Under the pieces are notes generated by a model. It did not search any database. It saw only the letters and a program-made list of their open reading frames with translations, and was not told where the DNA came from. Of a stretch of DNA of 64,000 nucleotides, positions 13,605 to 27,247 are shown in pieces (position 1 is the stretch's first letter; each line of letters starts with the position of its first letter). Position numbers and translations under genes: made by a program. This DNA comes from Azolla caroliniana (Eukaryota > Plantae > Polypodiophyta). The stretch covers positions 124,001 through 188,000 of the forward strand of contig JBHGNT010000024.1 of NCBI GenBank assembly GCA_043228905.1, written 5' to 3'.

Positions 13605-16600
13605 TAGAAGAGCCCTTGAGTAAATTAAAATGTTCATACCTGGCTCGTGTGATATCGAATTTTTGTGTTCAAACATGCGAATCGAAGCTAACAACGCTAC
13701 CTATGATATCGAATTAAAAAATCAAGATTTTAAAACTCAGGTCGAGAGACATGACGAAAATAGCAAACTTGAGGAGGGAGTTGAGAGGAGCCCTTGAGTA
13801 AATTAAAATGTTCATACCTGGCTCGTGTGATATAGGATTTTTGTGTTCAAACATGCGAATCGAAGCTGGCGACGCTACCTATGATATGGAATTAAAAAAT
13901 CAAGATTTTGAACCTCAGGTCGAGAGACATGACGAAAATAGCAAACTTGAGGAGGGAGTTGAGAGGAGCCCTTGAGTAAATTAAAATGTTCATACCTGGC
14001 TCGTGTGATATCGGATTTTTGTGTTCAAACATGCGAATCGAAGCTGGCGACGCTACCAATGATATGGAATTAAAAAATCAAGATTTTGAAACTCAGGTCG
14101 AGAGACATAACGAAAATAGCAAACTTGAGGAGGGAGTTGAGAGGAGCCCTTGAGTAAATTAAAATGTTCATACCTGACTCGTGTGATATCGGATTTTTGT
14201 GTTCAAACATGTGAATCGAAGCTGGCGACGCTACCTATGATATGGAATTAAAAAATCAAGATTTTGAAACTCAGGTCGAGAGACATGACGAAAATAGCAA
14301 ACCTTTGGAGGGAGTTGAGAGGAGCCCTTGAGTAAATTAAAATGTTCATACCTGGCTCGTGTGATATCGGATTTTTGTGTTCAAACATGCAAATCGAAGC
14401 TAACAACGCTACCTATGATATGGAATTAAAAAATCAAGATTTTAAAACTCAAGTCCAGAGACATGACGAAAATAGCAAACTTGAGGAGGGAGTAGAGAGG
14501 AGCCCTTGAGTAAAGTAAAATATTCATACGTGGCTCGTGTGATATCGGATTTTTGTGTTCAAACATGCGAATCGAAGCTAACAACGCTACCTATGATATG
14601 GAATTAAAAAATCAAGATTTTGAAACTCAGGTCGAGAGACATGACGAAATTACCAAATTGGAGGAGTGAGTTGAGAAGAGGTAGTAGGTAAATTAAAATG
14701 TTCATACCTGGCTCGTGTCATATCGGATTTTTGTGTTCAAACATGCGAATCGAAGCTAACAACGCTACCTATGATATGGAATTAAAAAAACAAGATTTTG
14801 AAACTCAGGTCGAGAGACATGACGAAAATAGCAAACTTGAGGAGGGAGTTGAGAGGAGCCCTTGAGTAAATTAAAATGTTCATACCTGGCTCGTGTGATA
14901 TAGGATTTTTGTGTTCAAACATGCGAATCGAAGCTGGCGACGCTACCTATGATATGGAATTAAAAAATCAAGATTTTGAACCTCAGGTCGAGAGACATGA
15001 CGAAAATAGCAAACTTGAGGAGGGAGTTGAGAGGAGCCCTTGAGTAAATTAAAATGTTCATACCTGGCTCGTGTGATATCGGATTTTTGTGTTCAAACAT
15101 GCGAATCGAAGCTGGCGACGCTACCAATGATATGGAATTAAAAAATCAAGATTTTGAAACTCAGGTCGAGAGACATAACGAAAATAGCAAACTTGAGGAG
15201 GGAGTTGAGAGGAGCCCTTGAGTAAATTAAAATGTTCATACCTGACTCGTGTGATATCGGATTTTTGTGTTCAAACATGTGAATCGAAGCTGGCGACGCT
15301 ACCTATGATATGGAATTAAAAAATCCAGATTTTGAAACTCAGGTCGAGAGACATGACGAAAATAGCAAACTTGAGGAGGGAGTTGAGAAGAGCCCTTGAG
15401 TAAATTAAAATGTTCATACCTAGCTCGTGTGATATCGAATTTTTGTGTTCAAACATGCGAATCGAAGCTAACAACGCTAGCTATGATATGGAATTAAAAA
15501 ATCAAGAATTTGAAACTCAGGTCGAGAGATGTGACGAAATTACCAAATTTGAGGAGTGATTTCAGAGGACCCCTTGAGTAAATTAAAATGTTCATATCGG
15601 GCTCGTGTGATATCGGATTTTTGTGTTCAAACATGCGAATCGAAGCTAACAACGCTACCTATGATATGGAATTAAAAAATCAAGATTTTAAAACTCAGGT
15701 CGAGAGACATGACGAAAATAGCAAACTTGAGGAGGGAGTTGAGAGGAGCCCTTGAGTAAATTAAAATGTTCATACCTGGCTCGTGTGATATCGGATTTAT
15801 GTGTTCAAACATGCGAATCGAAGCTAACAACGCTACCTATGATATGGAATTAAAAAATCAAGAATTTGAAACTCAGGTCGAGAGATGTGACGAAATTACC
15901 AAATTTCAGGAGTGATTTGAGAGGAGCCCTTGAGTAAATTAAAATGTTCATATCGGGCTCGTGTGATATCGGATTTTTGTGTTCAAACATGCAAATCGAA
16001 GCTAACAATGCTACCTATGATATCGGATTAAAAAATCAAGATTTTGAAACTCAGGTCGAGAGACATGACGAAAATAGCAAACTTGAGGAGGGAGTTGAGA
16101 GGAGCCCTTGAGTAAATTAAAATGTTCATACCTGGCTCTTGTGATATTGGATTTTTGTGTTCAAACATGCGAATCGAAGCTAACAACGCTAGCTATGATA
16201 TGGAATTAAAAAATCAAGATTTTGAAACTCAGGTCGAGAGACATGACGAAAATAGCAAACTTGAGGAGGGAGTTGAGAAGAGCCCTTGAGTAAATTAAAA
16301 TGTTCATACCTGGCTCGTGTGATATCGAATTTTTGTGTTCAAACATGCGAATCGAAGCTAGCAACGCTAGCTATGATATGGAATTAAAAAATCAAGATTT
16401 TGAAACTCAGGTCGAGAGACATGACGAAAATAGCAAACTTGAGGAGGGAGTTGAGAAGAGCCCTTGAGTTAATTAAAATGTTCATACCTAGCTCGTGTGA
16501 TATCGAATTTTTGTGTTCAAACATGCGAATCGAAGCTAACAACGCTAGCTATGATATGGAATTAAAAAATCAAGAATTTGAAACTCAGGTCGAGAGATGT

Positions 16601-17724
16601 GACGAAATTACCAAATTTGAGGAGTGATTTCAGAGGAGCCCTTGAGTAAATTAAAATGTTCATATCGGGCTCGTGTGATATCGGATTTTTGTGTTCAAAC
16701 ATGCAAATCGAAGCTAACAACGCTACCTATGATATGGAATTAAAAAATCAAGAATTTGAAACTCAGGTCGAGAGACATGACGAAAATAGCAAACTTGAGG
16801 AGGGAGTTGAGAGGAGCCCTTGAGTAAATTAAAATGTTCATACCTGGCTCGTCTGGTATCGGATTTTTGTGTTGAAACATGCGAATCGAAGCTCGCGACG
16901 CTACCTATGATATGGAATTAAGAAATCAAGATTTTGAAACTCAGGTCGAGAGATGTGACGAAATTACCAAATTTGAGGAGTGATTTGAGAGGAGCCCTTG
17001 AGTAAATTAAAATGTTCATATCGGGCTCGTGTGATATCGGATTTTTGTGTTCAAACATGCAAATCGAAGCTAACAACGCTACCTATGATATGGAATTAAA
17101 AAATCAAGATTTTGAAACTCAGGTCGAGAGACATGACGAAAATAGCAAACCTTTGGAGGGAGTTGAGAGGAGCCCTTGAGTAAATTAAAATGTTCATACC
17201 TGGCTCGTGTGATATCGGATTTTTGTGTTCAAACATGCGAATCGAAGCTAACAACGCTACCTATGATATGGAATTAAAAAAACAAGATTTTGAAACTCAG
17301 GTCGAGAGACATGACGAAAATAGCAAACTTGAGGAGGGAGTTGAGAGGAGCCCTTGAGTAAATTAAAATGTTCATACCTGGCTCGTGTGATATAGGATTT
17401 TTGTGTTCAAACATGCGAATCGAAGCTGGCGACGCTACCTATGATATGGAATTAAAAAATCAAGATTTTGAAACTCAGGTCGAGAGACATGACGAAAATA
17501 GCAAACCTTTGGAGGGAGTTGAGAGGAGCCCTTGAGTAAAGTAAAATATTCATACCTGGCTCGTGTGATATCGGATTTTTGTGTTCAAACATGCCAATCG
17601 AAGCTAACAACGCTAGCTATGGTATGGAATTAAAAAATCAAGAATTTGAAACTCAGGTCGAGAGATGTGACGAAATTACCAAATTTGAGGAGTGATTTGA
17701 GAGGAGCCCTTGAGTAAATTAAAA

Positions 17725-17902
17725 TGTTCATATCGGGCTCGTGTGATATCGGATTTTTGTGTTCAAACATGCAAATCGAAGCTAACAACGCTACCTATGA
17801 TATGGAATTAAAATGTTCATATCGGGCTCGTGTGATATCGGATTTTTGTGTTCAAACATGCAAATCGAAGCTAACAACGCTACCTATGATATGGAATTAA
17901 AA
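17725..17902. other. Half-monomer (89-bp) direct repeat / out-of-register junction at AATTAAAA
   Basis: ...TATGATATGGAATTAAAA|TGTTCATATCGGG at 17814. Segments 17725-17813 and 17814-17902 read the same. Confidence 0.93.
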
Positions 17903-20900
17903 AATCAAGAATTTGAAACTCAGGTCGAGAGACATGACGAAAATAGCAAACTTGAGGAGGGAGTTGAGAGGAGCCCTTGAGTAAATTAAAATGTTCATAC
18001 CTGGCTCGTCTGGTATCGGATTTTTGTGTTGAAACATGCGAATCGAAGCTCGCGACGCTACCTATGATATGGAATTAAGAAATCAAGATTTTGAAACTCA
18101 GGTCGATAGATGTGACGAAATTACCAAATTTGAGGAGTGATTTGAGAGGAGCCCTTGAGTAAATTAAAATGTTCATATCGGGCTCGTGTGATATCGGATT
18201 TTTGTGTTCAAACATGCAAATCGAAGCTAACAACGCTACCTATGATATGGAATTAAAAAATCAAGATTTTGAAACTCAGGTCGAGAGACATGACGAAAAT
18301 AGCAAACCTTTGGAGGGAGTTGAGAGGAGCCCTTGAGTAAATTAAAATGTTCATACCTGGCTCGTGTGATATCGGATTTTTGTGTTCAAACATGCAAATC
18401 GAAGCTAACAACGCTACCTATGATATGGAATTAAAAAATCAAGATTTTAAAACTCAAGTCCAGAGACATGACGAAAATAGCAAACTTGAGGAGGGAGTAG
18501 AGAGGAGCCCTTGAGTAAAGTAAAATATTCATACCTGGCTCGTGTGATATCGGATTTTTGTGTTCAAACATGCCAATCGAAGCTAACAACGCTAGCTATG
18601 GTATGGAATTAAAAAATCAAGAATTTGAAACTCAGGTCGAGAGATGTGACGAAATTACCAAATTTGAGGAGTGATTTGAGAGGAGCCCTTGAGTAAATTA
18701 AAATGTTCATATCGGGCTCGTGTGATATCGGATTTTTGTGTTCAAACATGCAAATCGAAGCTAACAACGCTACCTATGATATGGAATTAAAAAATCAAGA
18801 TTTTGAAACTCAGGTCGAGAGACATGACGAAATTACCAAATTGGAGGAGTGAGTTGAGAAGAGGTAGTAGGTAAATTAAAATGTTCATACCTGGCTCGTG
18901 TCATATCGGATTTTTGTGTTCAAACATGCGAATCGAAGCTAACAACGCTACCTATGATATGGAATTAAAAAAACAAGATTTTGAAACTCAGGTCGAGAGA
19001 CATGACGAAAATAGCAAACTTGAGGAGGGAGTTGAGAGGAGCCCTTGAGTAAATTAAAATGTTCATACCTGGCTCGTGTGATATAGGATTTTTGTGTTCA
19101 AACATGCGAATCGAAGCTGGCGACGCTACCTATGATATGGAATTAAAAAATCAAGATTTTGAACCTCAGGTCGAGAGACATGACGAAAATAGCAAACTTG
19201 AGGAGGGAGTTGAGAGGAGCCCTTGAGTAAATTAAAATGTTCATACCTGGCTCGTGTGATATCGGATTTTTGTGTTCAAACATGCGAATCGAAGCTAACA
19301 ACGCTAGCTATGATATGGAATTAAAAAATCAAGATTTTAAACCTCAAGTCCAGAGACATGACGAAAATAGCAAACTTGAGGAGGGAGTTGAGAGGAGCCC
19401 TTGAGTAAATTAAAATGTTCATACCTGACTCGTGTGATATCGGATTTTTGTGTTCAAACATGTGAATCGAAGCTGGCGACGCTACCTATGATATGGAATT
19501 AAAAAATCAAGATTTTGAAACTCAGGTCGAGAGACATGACGAAAATAGCAAACCTTTGGAGGGAGTTGAGAGGAGCCCTTGAGTAAATTAAAATGTTCAT
19601 ACCTGGCTCGTGTGATATCGGATTTTTGTGTTCAAACATGCAAATCGAAGCTAACAACGCTACCTATGATATGGAATTAAAAAATCAAGATTTTAAAACT
19701 CAAGTCCAGAGACATGACGAAAATAGCAAACTTGAGGAGGGAGTAGAGAGGAGCCCTTGAGTAAAGTAAAATATTCATACCTGGCTCGTGTGATATCGGA
19801 TTTTTGTGTTCAAACATGCGAATCGAAGCTAACAACGCTACCTATGATATGGAATTAAAAAATCAAGATTTTAAAACTCAGGTCGAGAGACATGACGAAA
19901 ATAGCAAACTTGAGGAGGGAGTTGAGAGGAGCCCTTGAGTAAATTAAAATGTTCATACCTGGCTCGTGTGATATCGGATTTATGTGTTCAAACATGCGAA
20001 TCGAAGCTAACAACGCTACCTATGATATGAAATTAAAAAATCAAGAATTTGAAACTCAGGTCGAGAGATGTGACGAAATTACCAAATTTGAGGAGTGATT
20101 TCAGAGGAGCCCTTGAGTAAATTAAAATGTTCATATCGGGCTCGTGTGATATCGGATTTTTGTGTTCAAACATGCAAATCGAAGCTAACAATGCTACCTA
20201 TGATATCGGATTAAAAAATCAAGATTTTGAAACTCAGGTCGAGAGACATGACGAAAATAGCAAACTTGAGGAGGGAGTTGAGAGGAGCCCTTGAGTAAAT
20301 TAAAATGTTCATACCTGGCTCTTGTGATATTGGATTTTTGTGTTCAAACATGCGAATCGAAGCTAACAACGCTAGCTATGATATGGAATTAAAAAATCAA
20401 GATTTTGAAACTCAGGTCGAGAGACATGACGAAAATAGCAAACTTGAGGAGGGAGTAGAGAAGAGCCCTTGAGTAAATTAAAATGTTCATACCTGGCTCG
20501 TGTGATATCGAATTTTTGTGTTCAAACATGCGAATCGAAGCTTGCAACGCTAGCTATGATATGGAATTAAAAAATCAAGATTTTGAAACTCAGGTCGAGA
20601 GACATAACGAAAATAGCAAACTTGAGGAGGGGGTTGAGAGGAGCCCTTGAGTAAATTAAAATGTTCATACCTGGCTCGTGTGATATCGGATTTTTGTGTT
20701 CAAACATGCAAATGTAAGCTAACAACGCTACCTATGATTTGGAATTAAAAAATCAAGATTTTGAAATTCAGGTCGAGAGACATGACGAAAATAGCAAACT
20801 TGAGGAAGGAGTTGAGAAGAGCTAGTAGGTAAATTAAAATGTTCATACCTGGCTCGTGTGATATCGGATTTTTGTGTTCGAACATGCAAATCGAAGCTAA

Positions 20901-23900
20901 CAACGCTACCTATGATATGGGATTAAAAAATCAAGAATTTGAAACTCAGGTCGAGAGATGTGACGAAATTACCAAATTTGAGAAATGATTTGAGAGGAGC
21001 CCTTGAGTAAATTAAAATGTTCATATCGGGCTCGTGTGATATCGGATTTTTGTGTTCAAACATGCAAATCGAAGCTAACAATGCTACCTATGATATCGGA
21101 TTAAAAAATCAAGATTTTGAAACTCAGGTCGAGAGACATGACGAAAATAGCAAACTTGAGGAGGGAGTTGAGAGGAGCCCTTGAGTAAATTAAAATGTTC
21201 ATACCTGGCTCTTGTGATATTGGATTTTTGTGTTCAAACATGCGAATCGAAGCTGGCGACGCTACCTATGATATGGAATTAAAAAATCAAGATTTTGAAA
21301 CTTAGGTCGAGAGACATGACGAAAATAGCAAACCTTTGGAGGGAGTTGAGAGGAGCCCTTGAGTAAATTAAAATGTTCATACCTAGCTCGTGTGATATCG
21401 GATTTTTGTGTTCAAACATGCGAATCGAAGCTAACAACGCTAGCTATGATATGGAATTTAAAAATCAAGTTTTTGAAACTCAGGTCGAGAGACATGACGA
21501 AAATTGCAAACTTGAGGAGGGAGTTGAGAGGAGCCCTTGAGTAAATTAAAATGTTCATACCTGGCTCGTGTGATATCGGATTTTTGTGTTCAAACATGCG
21601 AATCGAAGCTGGCGACGCTAGCTATGATATGGAATTAAAAAATCAAGATTTTGAAACTCAGGTCGAGAGACATAACGAAAATAGCAAACTTGAGGAGGGG
21701 GTTGAGAGGAGCCCTTGAGTAAATTAAAATGTTCATACCTGGCTCGTGTGATATCGGATTTTTGTGTTCAAACATGCAAATGTAAGCTAACAACGCTACC
21801 TATGATTTGGAATTAAAAAATCAAGATTTTGAAATTCAGGTCGAGAGACATGACGAAAATAGCAAACTTGAGGAAGGAGTTGAGAAGAGCTAGTAGGTAA
21901 ATTAAAATGTTCATACCTGGCTCGTGTGATATCGGATTTTTGTGTTCGAACATGCAAATCGAAGCTAACAACGCTACCTATGATATGGGATTAAAAAATC
22001 AAGAATTTGAAACTCAGGTCGAGAGATGTGACGAAATTACCAAATTTGAGAAATGATTTGAGAGGAGCCCTTGAGTAAATTAAAATGTTCATATCGGGCT
22101 CGTGTGATATCGGATTTTTGTGTTCAAACATGCAAATCGAAGCTAACAATGCTACCTATGATATCGGATTAAAAAATCAAGATTTTGAAACTCAGGTCGA
22201 GAGACATGACGAAAATAGCAAACTTGAGGAGGGAGTTGAGAGGAGCCCTTGAGTAAATTAAAATGTTCATACCTGGCTCTTGTGATATTGGATTTTTGTG
22301 TTCAAACATGCGAATCGAAGCTGGCGACGCTACCTATGATATGGAATTAAAAAATCAAGATTTTGAAACTTAGGTCGAGAGACATGACGAAAATAGCAAA
22401 CCTTTGGAGGGAGTTGAGAGGAGCCCTTGAGTAAATTAAAATGTTCATACCTGGCTCGTGTGATATCGGATTTTTGTGTTCAAACATGCAAATCGAAGCT
22501 AACAACGCTACCTATGATATGGAATTAAAAAATCAAGATTTTAAAACTCAAGTCCAGAGACATGACGAAAATAGCAAACTTGAGGAGGGAGTAGAGAGGA
22601 GCCCTTGAGTAAAGTAAAATATTCATACCTGGCTCGTGTGATATCGGATTTTTGTGTTCAAACATGCCAATCGAAGCTAACAACGCTAGCTATGGTATGG
22701 AATTAAAAAATCAAGAATTTGAAACTCAGGTCGAGAGATGTGACGAAATTACCAAATTTGAGGAGTGATTTGAGAGGAGCCCTTGAGTAAATTAAAATGT
22801 TCATATCGGGCTCGTGTGATATCGGATTTTTGTGTTCAAACATGCAAATCGAAGCTAACAACGCTACCTATGATATGGAATTAAAAAATCAAGATTTTGA
22901 AACTCAGGTCGAGAGACATGACGAAATTACCAAATTGGAGGAGTGAGTTGAGAAGAGGTAGTAGGTAAATTAAAATGTTCATACCTGGCTCGTGTCATAT
23001 CGGATTTTTGTGTTCAAACATGCGAATCGAAGCTAACAACGCTACCTATGATATGGAATTAAAAAAACAAGATTTTGAAACTCAGGTCGAGAGACATGAC
23101 GAAAATAGCAAACTTGAGGAGGGAGTTGAGAGGAGCCCTTGAGTAAATTAAAATGTTCATACCTGGCTCGTGTGATATAGGATTTTTGTGTTCAAACATG
23201 CGAATCGAAGCTGGCGACGCTACCTATGATATGGAATTAAAAAATCAAGATTTTGAACCTCAGGTCGAGAGACATGACGAAAATAGCAAACTTGAGGAGG
23301 GAGTTGAGAGGAGCCCTTGAGTAAATTAAAATGTTCATACCTGGCTCGTGTGATATCGGATTTTTGTGTTCAAACATGCGAATCGAAGCTGGCGACGCTA
23401 CCAATGATATGGAATTAAAAAATCAAGATTTTGAAACTCAGGTCGAGAGACATAACGAAAATAGCAAACTTGAGGAGGGAGTTGAGAGGAGCCCTTGAGT
23501 AAATTAAAATGTTCATACCTGACTCGTGTGATATCGGATTTTTGTGTTCAAACATGTGAATCGAAGCTGGCGACGCTACCTATGATATGGAATTAAAAAA
23601 TCAAGATTTTGAAACTCAGGTCGAGAGACATGACGAAAATAGCAAACCTTTGGAGGGAGTTGAGAGGAGCCCTTGAGTAAATTAAAATGTTCATACCTGG
23701 CTCGTGTGATATCGGATTTTTGTGTTCAAACATGCAAATCGAAGCTAACAACGCTACCTATGATATGGAATTAAAAAATCAAGATTTTAAAACTCAAGTC
23801 CAGAGACATGACGAAAATAGCAAACTTGAGGAGGGAGTAGAGAGGAGCCCTTGAGTAAAGTAAAATATTCATACGTGGCTCGTGTGATATCGGATTTTTG

Positions 23901-26900
23901 TGTTCAAACATGCGAATCGAAGCTAACAACGCTACCTATGATATGGAATTAAAAAATCAAGATTTTGAAACTCAGGTCGAGAGACATGACGAAATTACCA
24001 AATTGGAGGAGTGAGTTGAGAAGAGGTAGTAGGTAAATTAAAATGTTCATACCTGGCTCGTGTCATATCGGATTTTTGTGTTCAAACATGCGAATCGAAG
24101 CTAACAACGCTACCTATGATATGGAATTAAAAAAACAAGATTTTGAAACTCAGGTCGAGAGACATGACGAAAATAGCAAACTTGAGGAGGGAGTTGAGAG
24201 GAGCCCTTGAGTAAATTAAAATGTTCATACCTGGCTCGTGTGATATAGGATTTTTGTGTTCAAACATGCGAATCGAAGCTGGCGACGCTACCTATGATAT
24301 GGAATTAAAAAATCAAGATTTTGAACCTCAGGTCGAGAGACATGACGAAAATAGCAAACTTGAGGAGGGAGTTGAGAGGAGCCCTTGAGTAAATTAAAAT
24401 GTTCATACCTGGCTCGTGTGATATCGGATTTTTGTGTTCAAACATGCGAATCGAAGCTGGCGACGCTACCAATGATATGGAATTAAAAAATCAAGATTTT
24501 GAAACTCAGGTCGAGAGACATAACGAAAATAGCAAACTTGAGGAGGGAGTTGAGAGGAGCCCTTGAGTAAATTAAAATGTTCATACCTGACTCGTGTGAT
24601 ATCGGATTTTTGTGTTCAAACATGTGAATCGAAGCTGGCGACGCTACCTATGATATGGAATTAAAAAATCCAGATTTTGAAACTCAGGTCGAGAGACATG
24701 ACGAAAATAGCAAACTTGAGGAGGGAGTTGAGAAGAGCCCTTGAGTAAATTAAAATGTTCATACCTAGCTCGTGTGATATCGAATTTTTGTGTTCAAACA
24801 TGCGAATCGAAGCTAACAACGCTAGCTATGATATGGAATTAAAAAATCAAGAATTTGAAACTCAGGTCGAGAGATGTGACGAAATTACCAAATTTGAGGA
24901 GTGATTTGAGAGGACCCCTTGAGTAAATTAAAATGTTCATATCGGGCTCGTGTGATATCGGATTTTTGTGTTCAAACATGCGAATCGAAGCTAACAACGC
25001 TACCTATGATATGGAATTAAAAAATCAAGATTTTAAAACTCAGGTCGAGAGACATGACGAAAATAGCAAACTTGAGGAGGGAGTTGAGAGGAGCCCTTGA
25101 GTAAATTAAAATGTTCATACCTGGCTCGTGTGATATCGGATTTATGTGTTCAAACATGCGAATCGAAGCTAACAACGCTACCTATGATATGGAATTAAAA
25201 AATCAAGAATTTGAAACTCAGGTCGAGAGATGTGACGAAATTACCAAATTTCAGGAGTGATTTGAGAGGAGCCCTTGAGTAAATTAAAATGTTCATATCG
25301 GGCTCGTGTGATATCGGATTTTTGTGTTCAAACATGCAAATCGAAGCTAACAATGCTACCTATGATATCGGATTAAAAAATCAAGATTTTGAAACTCAGG
25401 TCGAGAGACATGACGAAAATAGCAAACTTGAGGAGGGAGTTGAGAGGAGCCCTTGAGTAAATTAAAATGTTCATACCTGGCTCTTGTGATATTGGATTTT
25501 TGTGTTCAAACATGCGAATCGAAGCTAACAACGCTAGCTATGATATGGAATTAAAAAATCAAGATTTTGAAACTCAGGTCGAGAGACATGACGAAAATAG
25601 CAAACTTGAGGAGGGAGTTGAGAAGAGCCCTTGAGTAAATTAAAATGTTCATACCTGGCTCGTGTGATATCGAATTTTTGTGTTCAAACATGCGAATCGA
25701 AGCTAGCAACGCTAGCTATGATATGGAATTAAAAAATCAAGATTTTGAAACTCAGGTCGAGAGACATGACGAAAATAGCAAACTTGAGGAGGGAGTTGAG
25801 AAGAGCCCTTGAGTTAATTAAAATGTTCATACCTAGCTCGTGTGATATCGAATTTTTGTGTTCAAACATGCGAATCGAAGCTAACAACGCTAGCTATGAT
25901 ATGGAATTAAAAAATCAAGAATTTGAAACTCAGGTCGAGAGATGTGACGAAATTACCAAATTTGAGGAGTGATTTCAGAGGAGCCCTTGAGTAAATTAAA
26001 ATGTTCATATCGGGCTCGTGTGATATCGGATTTTTGTGTTCAAACATGCAAATCGAAGCTAACAACGCTACCTATGATATGGAATTAAAAAATCAAGAAT
26101 TTGAAACTCAGGTCGAGAGACATGACGAAAATAGCAAACTTGAGGAGGGAGTTGAGAGGAGCCCTTGAGTAAATTAAAATGTTCATACCTGGCTCGTCTG
26201 GTATCGGATTTTTGTGTTGAAACATGCGAATCGAAGCTCGCGACGCTACCTATGATATGGAATTAAGAAATCAAGATTTTGAAACTCAGGTCGAGAGATG
26301 TGACGAAATTACCAAATTTGAGGAGTGATTTGAGAGGAGCCCTTGAGTAAATTAAAATGTTCATATCGGGCTCGTGTGATATCGGATTTTTGTGTTCAAA
26401 CATGCAAATCGAAGCTAACAACGCTACCTATGATATGGAATTAAAAAATCAAGATTTTGAAACTCAGGTCGAGAGACATGACGAAAATAGCAAACCTTTG
26501 GAGGGAGTTGAGAGGAGCCCTTGAGTAAATTAAAATGTTCATACCTGGCTCGTGTGATATCGGATTTTTGTGTTCAAACATGCGAATCGAAGCTAACAAC
26601 GCTACCTATGATATGGAATTAAAAAAACAAGATTTTGAAACTCAGGTCGAGAGACATGACGAAAATAGCAAACTTGAGGAGGGAGTTGAGAGGAGCCCTT
26701 GAGTAAATTAAAATGTTCATACCTGGCTCGTGTGATATAGGATTTTTGTGTTCAAACATGCGAATCGAAGCTGGCGACGCTACCTATGATATGGAATTAA
26801 AAAATCAAGATTTTGAAACTCAGGTCGAGAGACATGACGAAAATAGCAAACCTTTGGAGGGAGTTGAGAGGAGCCCTTGAGTAAAGTAAAATATTCATAC

Positions 26901-27069
26901 CTGGCTCGTGTGATATCGGATTTTTGTGTTCAAACATGCCAATCGAAGCTAACAACGCTAGCTATGGTATGGAATTAAAAAATCAAGAATTTGAAACTCA
27001 GGTCGAGAGATGTGACGAAATTACCAAATTTGAGGAGTGATTTGAGAGGAGCCCTTGAGTAAATTAAAA

Positions 27070-27247
27070 TGTTCATATCGGGCTCGTGTGATATCGGATT
27101 TTTGTGTTCAAACATGCAAATCGAAGCTAACAACGCTACCTATGATATGGAATTAAAATGTTCATATCGGGCTCGTGTGATATCGGATTTTTGTGTTCAA
27201 ACATGCAAATCGAAGCTAACAACGCTACCTATGATATGGAATTAAAA
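27070..27247. other. Second copy of the 89-bp half-monomer junction, inherited through the 9345-bp duplication
   Basis: GATATGGAATTAAAATGTTCATATCGGG with its junction at 27159, exactly 9345 bp after 17814. Confidence 0.93.
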
